DNA of 64,000 bases from an uncultured delta proteobacterium (GCA_963824555.1 CAWGPW010000025.1:30469-94468), one strand, 5' to 3'; counted from the stretch's first letter, positions 8,790 to 18,980 are shown. Program-made: numbers and translations. Notes: generated by a model not told the origin, from the sequence alone.

Positions 8790-11048
8790 ATGGCCACCGT
8801 CAACCGAGATCACGCCAAGCTCATCTGTGACATTGGGGAGCTGTCCGCCATCATCACCGACGCGTCCGATCTCGATGCCATGTTGCAGAAGATCGTCGAC
8901 ACCGCGGCCGGCCACATGGAGGCCGACGTATGCTCGGTGTACCTTTTCGACGAGGCCGGCAAAGAGCTGGTGCTGCGGGCCACGCGCGGCCTTCTGCCGA
9001 GCTCGGTAGGCACCGTACGCCTGCGTCCCGGAGAGGGACTCACCGGCCTGGCCTTCTCGGAGCGCCGCCCGATCTGCGAGGCCGATGCACCCTCGCACCC
9101 CGCCTACCGGTTCTTTCCCGGCATCGGAGAGGAGAGCTACCGCTCGTTCGTCGCGGTGCCCATCCTACGTGGCCGCCGTCCGGTGGGCGCCATGACCCTG
9201 CAAAGCAAGCAGCCCGGCCACTTCTCGGCCGAGGACGTCCAGGTCTTTCGCGCCATCACCATGCAGCTTGCCACGACCATCGAGATGGCCCGGCTGCTCC
9301 TCACCCTGGAATCCCCCGGCGCATCGATTACGCCGACGTCAGGCCCTTCCGAATTACGCCTCGTGCATGGCCAGGTTGGTGCCGAGGGCCTCGCCGTGGG
9401 CGAGGTCGTGATCATTCGGCAGCCATCGCTGGCCGAGATCCGCGCCCTCATGGGCGGTGTGGCGCTGGAGCTACCCGATTTCCGTCGGGCCGTGGTCGCC
9501 ACCGAGCAGCAGCTGGAGCACCTCGAGAAGCTGGCGGGGGAGCGACTGTCCGACGTGACCGCCGTGATCTTCTCGGCGCAGCTCATGATGTTGCGCGATC
9601 AAAGCTGGCTGGGCGCGATGGAGGAACAAATCGCCGCTGGAACGCCTCCCGCCGAAGCCGTGTACCGCGTGCTCCTCAATTACGTCGAGCTCTTCGACCG
9701 CATGGACAACGCGTATATGCGTGAAAAGCGCTACGACGTGTTGGACGTGGGCCGCCGGCTACTCGGCAACCTGTCTGGTCATCGCGCTGCCGAATCTAGC
9801 ATCGAAGGACGCATCGCCATTGCCGCCGAGCTTCTGCCCTCCGATGTGCTCAAGCTGGGATTGGAGAAAGTCGGCGGCATCGTGCTCCTGTCCGGCGGTG
9901 TGACCTCGCACGTCGCAGTGCTGGCGCGCTCTCTCGATCTGCCGCTGATCTTCGTCGACGAACCACGCCTGCTGGAGATCCCCGATGGCACGCGCGTGGT
10001 CCTCGACGCCCGTCAGGGCAACCTGTTCGTGGCGCCCGACGAGGAGGTCGAGCAGCACTTTCGCGAGCAGGAGGACTCCCGTCGCTCGGCCCCGCAGTCG
10101 GCCGAGGGTATGCGCGAGGAGACCCGCACCGCCGACGGTACCCGTGTGCGCCTCCTGGCCAACATCAATCTACTGGCGGACGTCGAGGTCGCGCGCTCGT
10201 ACAAAGCCGAGGGCATCGGACTCTATCGCACCGAATTTCCCTTCATGATCCGCAACGACCTCCCCAGCGAGGAAGAACAGTTGCGTATCTACCGCCGGCT
10301 GGTCGAGGGCATGCCCGGTCGCGAGATCACCTTCCGCACCCTCGACGTGGGCGGCGACAAGGTGCTCTCGTACTTCGACTACGCCGCCGAGGCCAACCCC
10401 TTCCTCGGTCTGCGCTCGATTCGCTTCTCGCTGCGCCACCGCGATGTCTTCCTGCAACAGGTGCGCGCCATCCTGCGCGCTGCCCATGACATCCATGTGC
10501 GCATCATGTTTCCCATGATCTCTTCGCCGGACGAGCTGGCCGCTGCAGCCGATGCGGTCGACGAGTGCCGGGCCTCCCTGCGGCAGGAGGGCACGCCCGC
10601 CTGCGAGCACGTGGAGCTGGGCATGATGCTGGAGGTCCCATCGGTGCTCGAAATGATGGACGAGCTCTCTCGACGGGCTGATTTCTTCTCCATCGGTACC
10701 AACGATTTCGTCCAGTACATGCTGGCCGTGGATCGCACCAACGTCAACGTCGCCGATCTATACATCCCACACCACCCCGCCGTTCTGCGCGGCCTCCATC
10801 GCGCCATCACGGCAGCCCTGCGCCACGGCCGCGACGTCTCGGTATGCGGCGACATGGCGCACGACCCGCGCTTCGTGCGCTTCCTGCTGGGCATCGGCGT
10901 GCGCAAGTTCAGCATGAGCGCGCGCTATCTGCCGCGCGTCCAGGAGGCCATCTTCGCCACCGTCCTCGAGGAGGCACAAGCCTTCGCCAAGCGTCTCCTC
11001 GCCGAGAGCTCGGTTTCCGGCGCCACCCGGGTTCTCGAAGCCGGGTGA
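8790..11048 (+). CDS. ptsP: Phosphoenolpyruvate-protein phosphotransferase with N-terminal GAF domain (EI-Ntr type)
   Basis: GAF domain, phospho-His motif GGVTSHVAVLAR, EGIGLYRTEF, RTLDVGGDK, FSIGTNDFVQY, VCGDMA. Start may be 8709, 8736 or 8790. Confidence 0.95.
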   Translation: MATVNRDHAKLICDIGELSAIITDASDLDAMLQKIVDTAAGHMEADVCSVYLFDEAGKELVLRATRGLLPSSVGTVRLRPGEGLTGLAFSERRPICEADAPSHPAYRFFPGIGEESYRSFVAVPILRGRRPVGAMTLQSKQPGHFSAEDVQVFRAITMQLATTIEMARLLLTLESPGASITPTSGPSELRLVHGQVGAEGLAVGEVVIIRQPSLAEIRALMGGVALELPDFRRAVVATEQQLEHLEKLAGERLSDVTAVIFSAQLMMLRDQSWLGAMEEQIAAGTPPAEAVYRVLLNYVELFDRMDNAYMREKRYDVLDVGRRLLGNLSGHRAAESSIEGRIAIAAELLPSDVLKLGLEKVGGIVLLSGGVTSHVAVLARSLDLPLIFVDEPRLLEIPDGTRVVLDARQGNLFVAPDEEVEQHFREQEDSRRSAPQSAEGMREETRTADGTRVRLLANINLLADVEVARSYKAEGIGLYRTEFPFMIRNDLPSEEEQLRIYRRLVEGMPGREITFRTLDVGGDKVLSYFDYAAEANPFLGLRSIRFSLRHRDVFLQQVRAILRAAHDIHVRIMFPMISSPDELAAAADAVDECRASLRQEGTPACEHVELGMMLEVPSVLEMMDELSRRADFFSIGTNDFVQYMLAVDRTNVNVADLYIPHHPAVLRGLHRAITAALRHGRDVSVCGDMAHDPRFVRFLLGIGVRKFSMSARYLPRVQEAIFATVLEEAQAFAKRLLAESSVSGATRVLEAG

Positions 11049-11084
11049 GGGTGACAGTCCCGACTGGGTCGCCGTGTCGACCGA

Positions 11085-12407
11085 CTACTCGGACGGATCG
11101 ACGACTCGCCCCTGGAATAGGATCGCGCCGGACGGATCGTGGCGGATGAAGAACAAGAACGGCCGATCCACGACAAGAAGATTGGTTGGGACAATCACCG
11201 CCGTGATACCCACGGTCACGCCGGTCGCGGCCGCGGCGGTCGTCCCGCTTTCATCGACCGCAATGACCGCCTTGTGAACGACGCCCCCAACCGACAGATC
11301 GCGCACGCCGTCCATCCCCGAGAAATCAGCCAGGGACGAGTCGAAGGCATCGATCATCCCCAGTGCCGAGAGCGCGTCATTCAGAAGCGAGGATGTGGAG
11401 AACTTGAAGCGCGGCATCTCGACGGTGCCCATCAGCTTCTGGGAGGGTGCCAGGATGGCGGCAAGGTCGTCGACGCCCATCCCCTGCTCGAAGGCATCGA
11501 AGGTCCCGGCATCCGGGACCACCAGAATCATCGACGTGGTGCCGCCCACATAGCCGAGGGCCGCCGCGCTCCAACCTGACCCCGACCATAGCGTGGCGTT
11601 GGTCTCGTCGCTCGACATCATCGGGACGTTCACATCGCCCGTCGGGGCATGGAAGGTCCGATTCGGGCTTCCCGACTTGAACGCCTGCGACCAGTCGCCG
11701 TGGAAGTAGACCGCATTGGCGAGAACCAGCCTGGTGGAAGACGTGATCGTGCCCTGGCCGAAGAGCTCCGGAATCATTTGCTCGGTCTGGTCTGACACCC
11801 AGTTGTTGATGTCCGCACGCGCAGTCTCGGGGGAGCTGGCGAAGCTCTCGACAAAGAGGCCAGCACCGTAATTTTCGGCCAAGAGGTCGAGATACGACGG
11901 CAGGAAGGAAAACCCCACCTGGACCCACATCGAGCTCGCGATCTGGAGCTGGAATCCGTTTGCCGTGGCGCTCGATGGCTGCGCCATCAGCGCGAGGTCC
12001 AGCGCGTTGAAGGCTGGATGGAGGCGCTCGGACGGCAGGGTGAAGTGCAATGCGGCAGCCATCTGCATCGCCGTACTGTTCGCGGCGCCCGCGTAGAGCA
12101 TGGCCAGCGCGAGCGAGATGCTGGTCTGGGAAAAGACGAAGTTGCCCGAATTCTGCCCGCGCAATTGGCCGTACAGGCCCACGCCAAACGCGAGGTTGTC
12201 CGCGGCCAATTGAGTGGCGTCGGAGGAAGCGACAATCGGACTCAAGTTCCGGGCTGTCCCGGAACGCATCTCGTTCGGTGGGGCGGCGCCGCCGTCCGCG
12301 TCGGCGGAACCCACCGCGGAAGCATCCGCCGACGAAATCGCGTTGCTCCCCCCACACGCGGCCAACATCAACCCTGCGAACACCGCAACGATAGAGCCCT
12401 TGGTCAT
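11085..12407 (-). CDS. Serpin (serine protease inhibitor), lipoprotein
   Basis: Lipobox LAAC; NFVFSQTSISLALAML, LVLANAVYFHGDW, hinge ESGTTAAAAT and signature VDRPFLFFIRHDPSGAILFQGRV. Confidence 0.95.
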   Translation of the reverse strand: MTKGSIVAVFAGLMLAACGGSNAISSADASAVGSADADGGAAPPNEMRSGTARNLSPIVASSDATQLAADNLAFGVGLYGQLRGQNSGNFVFSQTSISLALAMLYAGAANSTAMQMAAALHFTLPSERLHPAFNALDLALMAQPSSATANGFQLQIASSMWVQVGFSFLPSYLDLLAENYGAGLFVESFASSPETARADINNWVSDQTEQMIPELFGQGTITSSTRLVLANAVYFHGDWSQAFKSGSPNRTFHAPTGDVNVPMMSSDETNATLWSGSGWSAAALGYVGGTTSMILVVPDAGTFDAFEQGMGVDDLAAILAPSQKLMGTVEMPRFKFSTSSLLNDALSALGMIDAFDSSLADFSGMDGVRDLSVGGVVHKAVIAVDESGTTAAAATGVTVGITAVIVPTNLLVVDRPFLFFIRHDPSGAILFQGRVVDPSE

Positions 12408-12728
12408 GGCAGGATTTTCAAGCAATCCTGGGGCCAGCGCAACAAGCGACCGGAACCACGAGATTTCGATATCTTTCCCGAGCCTTCCCTCGAATTTCTG
12501 AGGACCTCCCCACCCAAACCACCGGGCCTGCGCAACGTCCGAACATGGTTCCGAACAGCAGCATCTGCTTGCCAGGCCTGGTCAATATCGCGCACAATAC
12601 GGCGAGCGCTCCCGCACAGGACTGGCGCAAAAGCCCGACGAAATCAAGCTGTTGCCGGTTTCTATCGATACGTGCATCGAGAAACGGCCTCCAGTCGCCG
12701 ACGGGAAGGCCACTGCTAGAGATCCTTC

Positions 12729-14312
12729 ATGAGCAAGAGCGGCGAACACAACACACCCATCGGAACGCCGATGGTCATCGCTCCGGGAAAAATCTTCCTG
12801 GTCGGCGAATACGCGGTGCTCGACGAAGGCTGCGCCGTCTTGGCCGCCATCACCAGGCACGCCAAGGCCCAATTCATCCCGCGCATGGACTCCATGCCCC
12901 CAATGGTCTCGGAGCTGGTCAGACGCGCCAAGTCCGAGCTTGGCGAAGCCGCCGCTGCGCTACCGCCCGGCGCGGTCTTGGTGAATGCGGACGACTTCCA
13001 TTCTGGCCACGCTGCCGGCGGTTTGGGATCCAGCGCCGCCATCGCAGTGGCGACGGTAGGCGCGGTGTTCGAGTCGCTTGGACTGGCCATCGAAGAACGC
13101 AAACAGCAGATCTTCGCCATCGCCGATGCCGGGCGTAGAACTGCCCAGGGCGACGTGGGTTCGGGCGCGGACACTGCGGTCGCCACCCACGGAGGTCTGA
13201 TTCAAGTCACCCGCCACAAGGACACGCTTCCCCGCATCGACTGTTTGGCAGCTCCCGCGGGCCTGCACCTGGTGTTGTTCACCGCGGGCCCCTCGATCTC
13301 GACACGTCAAATGACGGCCGGCCTGCGCGCATACGCGCAACACGAATCGACCGCCTTCGAATACGCGATGACGAGTCTGCGCGAGATCGCCCATCGCTTC
13401 GTCGCGGAAGTGACCGCAGGACACGCCACGGGCGCGGTGGTCGCCGCCGGCAAGTATGGCGAGGAGCTGGCCAGGCTGTCGCTGGCCGCGTCGGTTCCCA
13501 TCGTGACGGCCGCCTTCGAACGAGCCGCCGACCTGGCCCGCGAGCTCGGGGGTATCGCCAAGCCGATCGGCGCAGGCGGCGGAGAAATCGGCCTTGCCAT
13601 GTTCGCCACACCCGAGGCCGCCCAGTGGTTCAAGAAGGCATGCGCCGATCCGCTCGTGCCGCTTGAAGGCGATCTGGAACCCTTCGGCGTACGCTGTCGC
13701 AACCCCGAAAAGACCTCGGAAGACGCCATCGATGTCAGGGAAGCCGTGGTCGTGGAAGCCACGGTCGAGGCGTCGCCCGAGCCTACCGTCTTCGAGGTTG
13801 CACCCACGCACGCACTCGCTCGCATCGTCGTGACATCGGAAGAGCTGGAAACGGTGCCAGAGCGGAGGGCGGATGATCTCGTAACGGTGCGCATCGGCAA
13901 ACGACGTGGCCGCCGCTCCCGACGGCGCATCATTCCGGCCGTCGCCATCGTTCTTGCGGTGGCGGTGACGTGGTATGCGTTTCCCAGAACCAACGGGGTG
14001 CATGGCTACGGCACGCCGAATGCGTCCAGCACGGGTGAAGGTCCGAATCCGTTCATCGCGATGCCCGAAAAGGGAGCCCCTCCACCGTCGGAAGGCACGG
14101 CGCCCGAGGAAGCAGCGCCGGCGGATGCGAAACAGGCAACTGCCGCGCCGACAGAGCCAATGCTCATCCCCCCGGCACACGAACACGGCCCAAGGTTCGA
14201 GTCGACTCGACACCCGCACGGTGCCACGGCTCGCGAACCAACCGCCGCGTCCAGGCATCGCTCCCCTAAGCAAGTACCCCGCGCTGGCAACCTGTCTGCG
14301 GACGACTTCTAG
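12729..14312 (+). CDS. GHMP (mevalonate/phosphomevalonate kinase-like) domain fused to a TM helix and Pro/Ala-rich C-terminal tail
   Basis: APGKIFLVGEYAVL, GLGSSAA, GSGAD and GAGGG motifs; then RRGRRSRRR-IIPAVAIVLAVAVTWYAF and a low-complexity tail ending GNLSADDF. Confidence 0.8.
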   Translation: MSKSGEHNTPIGTPMVIAPGKIFLVGEYAVLDEGCAVLAAITRHAKAQFIPRMDSMPPMVSELVRRAKSELGEAAAALPPGAVLVNADDFHSGHAAGGLGSSAAIAVATVGAVFESLGLAIEERKQQIFAIADAGRRTAQGDVGSGADTAVATHGGLIQVTRHKDTLPRIDCLAAPAGLHLVLFTAGPSISTRQMTAGLRAYAQHESTAFEYAMTSLREIAHRFVAEVTAGHATGAVVAAGKYGEELARLSLAASVPIVTAAFERAADLARELGGIAKPIGAGGGEIGLAMFATPEAAQWFKKACADPLVPLEGDLEPFGVRCRNPEKTSEDAIDVREAVVVEATVEASPEPTVFEVAPTHALARIVVTSEELETVPERRADDLVTVRIGKRRGRRSRRRIIPAVAIVLAVAVTWYAFPRTNGVHGYGTPNASSTGEGPNPFIAMPEKGAPPPSEGTAPEEAAPADAKQATAAPTEPMLIPPAHEHGPRFESTRHPHGATAREPTAASRHRSPKQVPRAGNLSADDF

Positions 14313-14342
14313 CGCAATATCGCGCCGTTGGGGCGACGGGCT

Positions 14343-14813
14343 TCAGTCCGAACGGCTCGAGCTTTCCCGGATCGACTCCACCAGGACTTCCAGCAGTCGC
14401 TCGTCGGAAACCGGCTGGAGCAGATAGCGATGGGCGCCGCATTCCACGGCTGCTCGCGCGGTGGCGAAGGCAATGCCACTCGATAGCAGCACCACGGGAA
14501 GCTCCGCCCGGTGTTCGTGAAGGCTCTTCAGCGTCCGATCCTCACAATCGAGCAGCGGGTCCGCGTCGCCGATGACGACATCGAACTGCTTCTCCCTCGC
14601 AAGGCGGACCGCGCCCTCGCCCCGCGCGACTCGCACGACCGCGTACCCGTAGGACTCGAGGACACGCTGGTATCGGTGCGCCAACTCGGCGTCGTCGTCC
14701 ACAATCAAGACCGACGACCGCGGTCGCGCGGCTGCGCACTCGGCGCGCGCGGCATCGTGACCTGTGAAAGTTTTGTCCGTCGTCTCCGTGTTGCCCACTT
14801 GGTCCTTGGCCAC
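14343..14813 (-). CDS. Stand-alone response regulator receiver domain (atypical)
   Basis: VLIVDDD, FDVVIGD, VVLLSS; YLLQP where the canonical motif is K-P. Confidence 0.85.
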   Translation of the reverse strand: MAKDQVGNTETTDKTFTGHDAARAECAAARPRSSVLIVDDDAELAHRYQRVLESYGYAVVRVARGEGAVRLAREKQFDVVIGDADPLLDCEDRTLKSLHEHRAELPVVLLSSGIAFATARAAVECGAHRYLLQPVSDERLLEVLVESIRESSSRSD

Positions 14814-14948
14814 GATCTGGACATCGGCCTACGTCGAAGGTACTTGAGCCCTTTTGGGGCGTTCCCGACAAATGCCGTTTCTCTGTGCGCGTTCGGACGA
14901 CATGGAGCCGATTTCCGCATACTGGTACACTTGCTCCCTGGAATCAGG

Positions 14949-15470
14949 ATGGGCAGAGCCGCGGGAATAGACGTCGTCAAAGCCGACATCACCACCCTCG
15001 ATGTCGACGCCATCGTCAACGCCGCCAATGAATCGCTCTTGGGCGGGGGCGGGGTCGACGGCGCCATCCATCGCGCTGCGGGACCGGGGCTGCTGGCGGA
15101 ATGCCGAACGCTGGGCGGATGCGAAACCGGCAGCGCGAAGCTCACGCGTGGATACAAACTGCCCGCACGCTTCGTGATTCACGCCGTGGGCCCGGTATGG
15201 AACGGCGGCAACCGCGGCGAGGACGAGCTGCTTGCCTCCTGCTACAAGACCGCCCTTGGTCTTGCCGGGAGACAAGGCCTTGCCACCATCGCCTTCCCCG
15301 CCATCAGCTGCGGGGTGTACCGTTTTCCCGTCGAACGTGCGGCTCGGATCGCAGTCCAAACTATTCGCCGCACCCTACCCGCCTGTCCATCGCTTACCAA
15401 GGTTCTGCTGGTCGCGTTCAGCCCGGCCATCGAGTCGGAGCTCGCCCTGGCCCTGGGCGAATCCGTGTAG
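14949..15470 (+). CDS. Macrodomain O-acetyl-ADP-ribose deacetylase (YmdB-like)
   Basis: [53 protein letters not shown]. Confidence 0.93.
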   Translation: MGRAAGIDVVKADITTLDVDAIVNAANESLLGGGGVDGAIHRAAGPGLLAECRTLGGCETGSAKLTRGYKLPARFVIHAVGPVWNGGNRGEDELLASCYKTALGLAGRQGLATIAFPAISCGVYRFPVERAARIAVQTIRRTLPACPSLTKVLLVAFSPAIESELALALGESV

Positions 15471-15513
15471 AATCGCCGCCGGCCGATCCGGCAAGCGCAC
15501 GAGAAAGGGACGC

Positions 15514-16899
15514 ATGAAGAAAAGCACCACAAGCGGACTCACGCAATTCGGCTCCACGTCCAAGCTGCCTCTGCTGTCGTGGCGGGGGATCTTCTATCTG
15601 TGGCTGCCTCTCTTGGCCCTGCTCGCCTGTGGGATCATCATTTCGCAGAAGTTGATCCATCCGGCGCCGACCACCATTCGCTTGCTCAGCGGCCCGGAAG
15701 GCAGCAGCTATCGCCACCAGGCCGAGAAGTACAAGGCGATCATCGAGCACTTCGGCGTGAAGGTGACCGTCTTGCCTTCTCAAGGAGCGCTCGACAATCT
15801 TCGCCAACTGGCCAATCTCAAGGTGAAGGCCGATGTGGCCTTCGTCCAGGGCGGCCTGACCGATGGCGTGGATACCTCCCGTCTGTTTTCGCTTGGCAGC
15901 GTGTTCGCCCAGCCCCTCATGGTTTACTACCGACAAAGCCAGCCGGTCGAGGTGCTTTCCCAGTTGAAAGGCAAGCGCCTGGCCATCGGCCCCGAAGGCA
16001 GCGGCGCGCGCTCCTTGGCGCTCAAGCTGCTCAAGGCCAACGAAATGGATGGGCCGCCGACCGTGCTGCTCGATCTCGTGGGCGAAAAGGCAGCCGACGA
16101 GCTCATCGCCGGCAAGATCGACGCCGCGTTCATGATGGGCGATTCGGCAACCCCGGCCATCATGCGCAAGTTGCGCCAGAACGACGACATCGAGATCGCG
16201 AACTTTCGCCAAGCCGACGGTTACTTGCGCAAGTTCCGCTTCCTGTCGAAGTTGACCCTGCCGGAAGGCGCCTACGACTTGGGCAAGGACGAACCGCCCA
16301 AGACCCTGACCTTGGTGGGGCCGACGGTCGAGCTGGTGGCGCGCAACGACCTGCACCCCGCCCTTTCCGACCTGCTCATCGGCGCTGCCCGGGAAGTTGA
16401 TGGCGGGCCGGGCCTTTTCCGCAATGCCGGCGAATACCCGGCGCCGCTGGCCCGCGATTTCCCCATCAGCCCAGATGCCGAGCGCTACTACAAGTCCGGC
16501 GCGCAGTTCCTGTACAAGAAGCTGCCCTTCTGGTTGGCCAACCTGCTCGACCGTTTGGTGGTCATCCTCGTTCCACTCCTCGTGATCCTCGTCCCGGCTA
16601 CGAAGCTCGTGCCCACGGTCTACAAATGGTGGATGCGCTCGCGCATCTACAAGTGGTACGGCGCCCTGATGACCATCGAGCGCGCCATGCTGGCTCGTAC
16701 GTCAGCCGAGGAGCGCGCCATCCTCCTTCAACGCTTCGAGGCCATCGAGAAAGTAGTGAACGAGATGAAAACTCCGCCTTCTTTTGGCGACCAGCTCTAC
16801 GTGCTCCGCGATCACGTCCGCTTGGTGCATGAGCGCCTATTTGCCATGGCCCAGTCGGTGGACAGGGCGCGCCCGGTGGAACCACCATCGCTGGCGTGA
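15514..16899 (+). CDS. TAXI-family TRAP solute-binding protein with N- and C-terminal TM segments
   Basis: SGPEGSSY, GALDNL, DVAFVQGG, GKRLAIGPEGSG; TM near the N-terminus and after FWLANLLDR; cytoplasmic helical tail. Confidence 0.85.
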   Translation: MKKSTTSGLTQFGSTSKLPLLSWRGIFYLWLPLLALLACGIIISQKLIHPAPTTIRLLSGPEGSSYRHQAEKYKAIIEHFGVKVTVLPSQGALDNLRQLANLKVKADVAFVQGGLTDGVDTSRLFSLGSVFAQPLMVYYRQSQPVEVLSQLKGKRLAIGPEGSGARSLALKLLKANEMDGPPTVLLDLVGEKAADELIAGKIDAAFMMGDSATPAIMRKLRQNDDIEIANFRQADGYLRKFRFLSKLTLPEGAYDLGKDEPPKTLTLVGPTVELVARNDLHPALSDLLIGAAREVDGGPGLFRNAGEYPAPLARDFPISPDAERYYKSGAQFLYKKLPFWLANLLDRLVVILVPLLVILVPATKLVPTVYKWWMRSRIYKWYGALMTIERAMLARTSAEERAILLQRFEAIEKVVNEMKTPPSFGDQLYVLRDHVRLVHERLFAMAQSVDRARPVEPPSLA

Positions 16900-17019
16900 G
16901 CTCCTGACGGCGAACAGGCCGCGCATAAAGGCGTGGTCGTGGCCGCGGCCACGGAAAGTGGGCAGCGGCCACGACTTATGAAGACACGCCAAGCTTGTGA
17001 AGGTTGTGCAGGCGCACGC

Positions 17020-18918
17020 TCAGTAGTTGCAGCCCTCGACTTGGACAGCCGAGGGAGACGTGGAGCAGATTCGGCACTGCATGTCGAGCTGGGTGCCCAA
17101 AGGGAGCTGTTGGCCATATTGTTGAATGTCCGCGGCGCTCCGGGCAACCATGACTTTTTGACCGTTGACTGGGCACATCGTCGTGTCAGTGCCCAGAAAC
17201 CAGCACGTCTCGGGAACGACTCCCGAGACTGGCATGGAGCTGGTGTCGCACTCTGCCATCCCGACCGGGTCTAGTGCGTAGGTCACGACGGACGGGTTGT
17301 TGGGATCGATCACAGGCCTTCGATACGCCACCTGGCAAGAGGGCTTTCCGGTATCGGGATCCAACCAAAGCTTGTCGTTGATGCACAAGTTTTCCAGCTT
17401 CCTGGCGATGCTGGAGCCAACCTGGCTCATCGAGGCCGAAAAGTCGGTTTCGCAGATGCTGAACTTCTGACCATTGGCCCCGAACTGGTCGACGAAGGCC
17501 GACAGCCGCAGCCCCGGCGTGGCACCAAAGCCAGCCGCGGCCGGGTCGAAACCGGTGGTCTTGTCCGCAGTTGCGGCTTCCGGTTGGTGGTTTGGATCGT
17601 AGCAAATCGGCCAAGTATCGTAGATCGAGGGATGGGCCGTGTCCGCGGTATTGGGATTGGGAACCACGCCGATCTTGTACTGAGCGGTCGACGGATCGGT
17701 GCCACTGAGCGGCCAGCCGAAAATGCCAGCCACGAAGAGCTGGTTGTCCGGGTCGACCTTGAGGGCCTTGATTTCGTCGGCCATGACCTTGACATCCCTA
17801 AGCGGGTTACAGGTAGTCGGGCTCGACACGTCTTCGCCGTTGGTGCAGCTGTCGCCCACGCGTGCCGAACAGCTCGTCAAGGCGGTCGAGAATGCGGCCG
17901 TGGTCGGATAGCCGGGAGGTGGGTCGGCCAAATTCATGCCGTTGCAGGTGTGCGACCGGGTGTAACAGCGCAGACTCGCGGATTCGCCGTACAGCTCCGG
18001 TTTATTCCCGAACATGGCGTCGTTGGGCGCGGCCGAGCAGTCGTCCTCGTCGGTCAGGAAGACCAAACCGAGGTTGGCATTGCCGCGCAGCATCTGGTGC
18101 TGCTGGTTGTTGACGTCGCCCAGTCCGCCCACCAGAAACGCGAATTCGAAGGCCTGCAACTGGTGCTCCTCGCCGCAGCCCAAGGTGCCGAGGTTGCCGG
18201 CCAGGCAGGCGAACACGGTGTTGATATCGCCGCTGAAGTTGATCCCCGTGTTTCCCGTGGTCTCGAGATACGTGGCGTCGCTGCTGGTTACGCCACATGC
18301 GGAGGCACCGATCATCTGGAACCTGCCCATGTCGCCGTAGACAGATACAGTTCCGTCGGGCAGCGTCTTGGGGCCGCACGAGCCGCTCGAATACGCCCCG
18401 CCGGTGCCAAGATCGCTGTCGAGGATGGCGACGCGCAGGTCGGGCAGAGTCCCGTCGTTGGGATCCTTGAGCGCCGCGATCAGCCTTGGGAAATTGTCCT
18501 TCAGCTTCTGCTGCTTCGGCGCCATGGACGGCGAGTTGTCGATCATGAACACCAGGTCGACCAGACGCTGGGGTGAAACCGAGATTATGTAGTCGATGGT
18601 CGGGGCGCCAGAAGGAGCGTCCGGACTGTCGGCCCCTGCATCCGGTCCCGTTATCGTGCCCCCGGTCCCAGGCATCGCGCCGCCGGTCCCAGGCATCGTG
18701 CCGCCGGCCCCGAACATTGCACCGCCGGTCCCAAGCATCGTGCCGCCGGCCCCGGACATCGCGCCTCCAGTCCCGGTTGGTGCGCCACCAGTTCCGGTCG
18801 TCGCTCCGCCGGTCCCGGCGGATGGGCTTTCGCCGGCGTAGGGATCGGTCCCACACCCTGCCAAGGCCAACGCCGAGAACAAGACCAAGGTGAGCTCGTA
18901 GGTCGTTGTTTTTGTCAT
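17020..18918 (-). CDS. Cys-rich vWA-domain lipoprotein of myxobacterial type
   Basis: Lipobox LAGC, GTGGxMx heptad linker, MIDAS-like DLVFMIDNSPSM and LTDEDDCS; many paired Cys. Confidence 0.85.
   Translation of the reverse strand: MTKTTTYELTLVLFSALALAGCGTDPYAGESPSAGTGGATTGTGGAPTGTGGAMSGAGGTMLGTGGAMFGAGGTMPGTGGAMPGTGGTITGPDAGADSPDAPSGAPTIDYIISVSPQRLVDLVFMIDNSPSMAPKQQKLKDNFPRLIAALKDPNDGTLPDLRVAILDSDLGTGGAYSSGSCGPKTLPDGTVSVYGDMGRFQMIGASACGVTSSDATYLETTGNTGINFSGDINTVFACLAGNLGTLGCGEEHQLQAFEFAFLVGGLGDVNNQQHQMLRGNANLGLVFLTDEDDCSAAPNDAMFGNKPELYGESASLRCYTRSHTCNGMNLADPPPGYPTTAAFSTALTSCSARVGDSCTNGEDVSSPTTCNPLRDVKVMADEIKALKVDPDNQLFVAGIFGWPLSGTDPSTAQYKIGVVPNPNTADTAHPSIYDTWPICYDPNHQPEAATADKTTGFDPAAAGFGATPGLRLSAFVDQFGANGQKFSICETDFSASMSQVGSSIARKLENLCINDKLWLDPDTGKPSCQVAYRRPVIDPNNPSVVTYALDPVGMAECDTSSMPVSGVVPETCWFLGTDTTMCPVNGQKVMVARSAADIQQYGQQLPLGTQLDMQCRICSTSPSAVQVEGCNY
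18655..18820 (-). repeat. Intragenic 21-bp tandem repeat encoding GTGGAMx heptads
   Basis: About 7-8 imperfect copies of gccgccggtcccaggcatcgc on the + strand. Confidence 0.85.
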
Positions 18919-18980
18919 GCCTGAACCTGTCCCTCCAGATCGCGATGCCTTACAAAAAGATCGGCGCATTCGCCTCCGGT

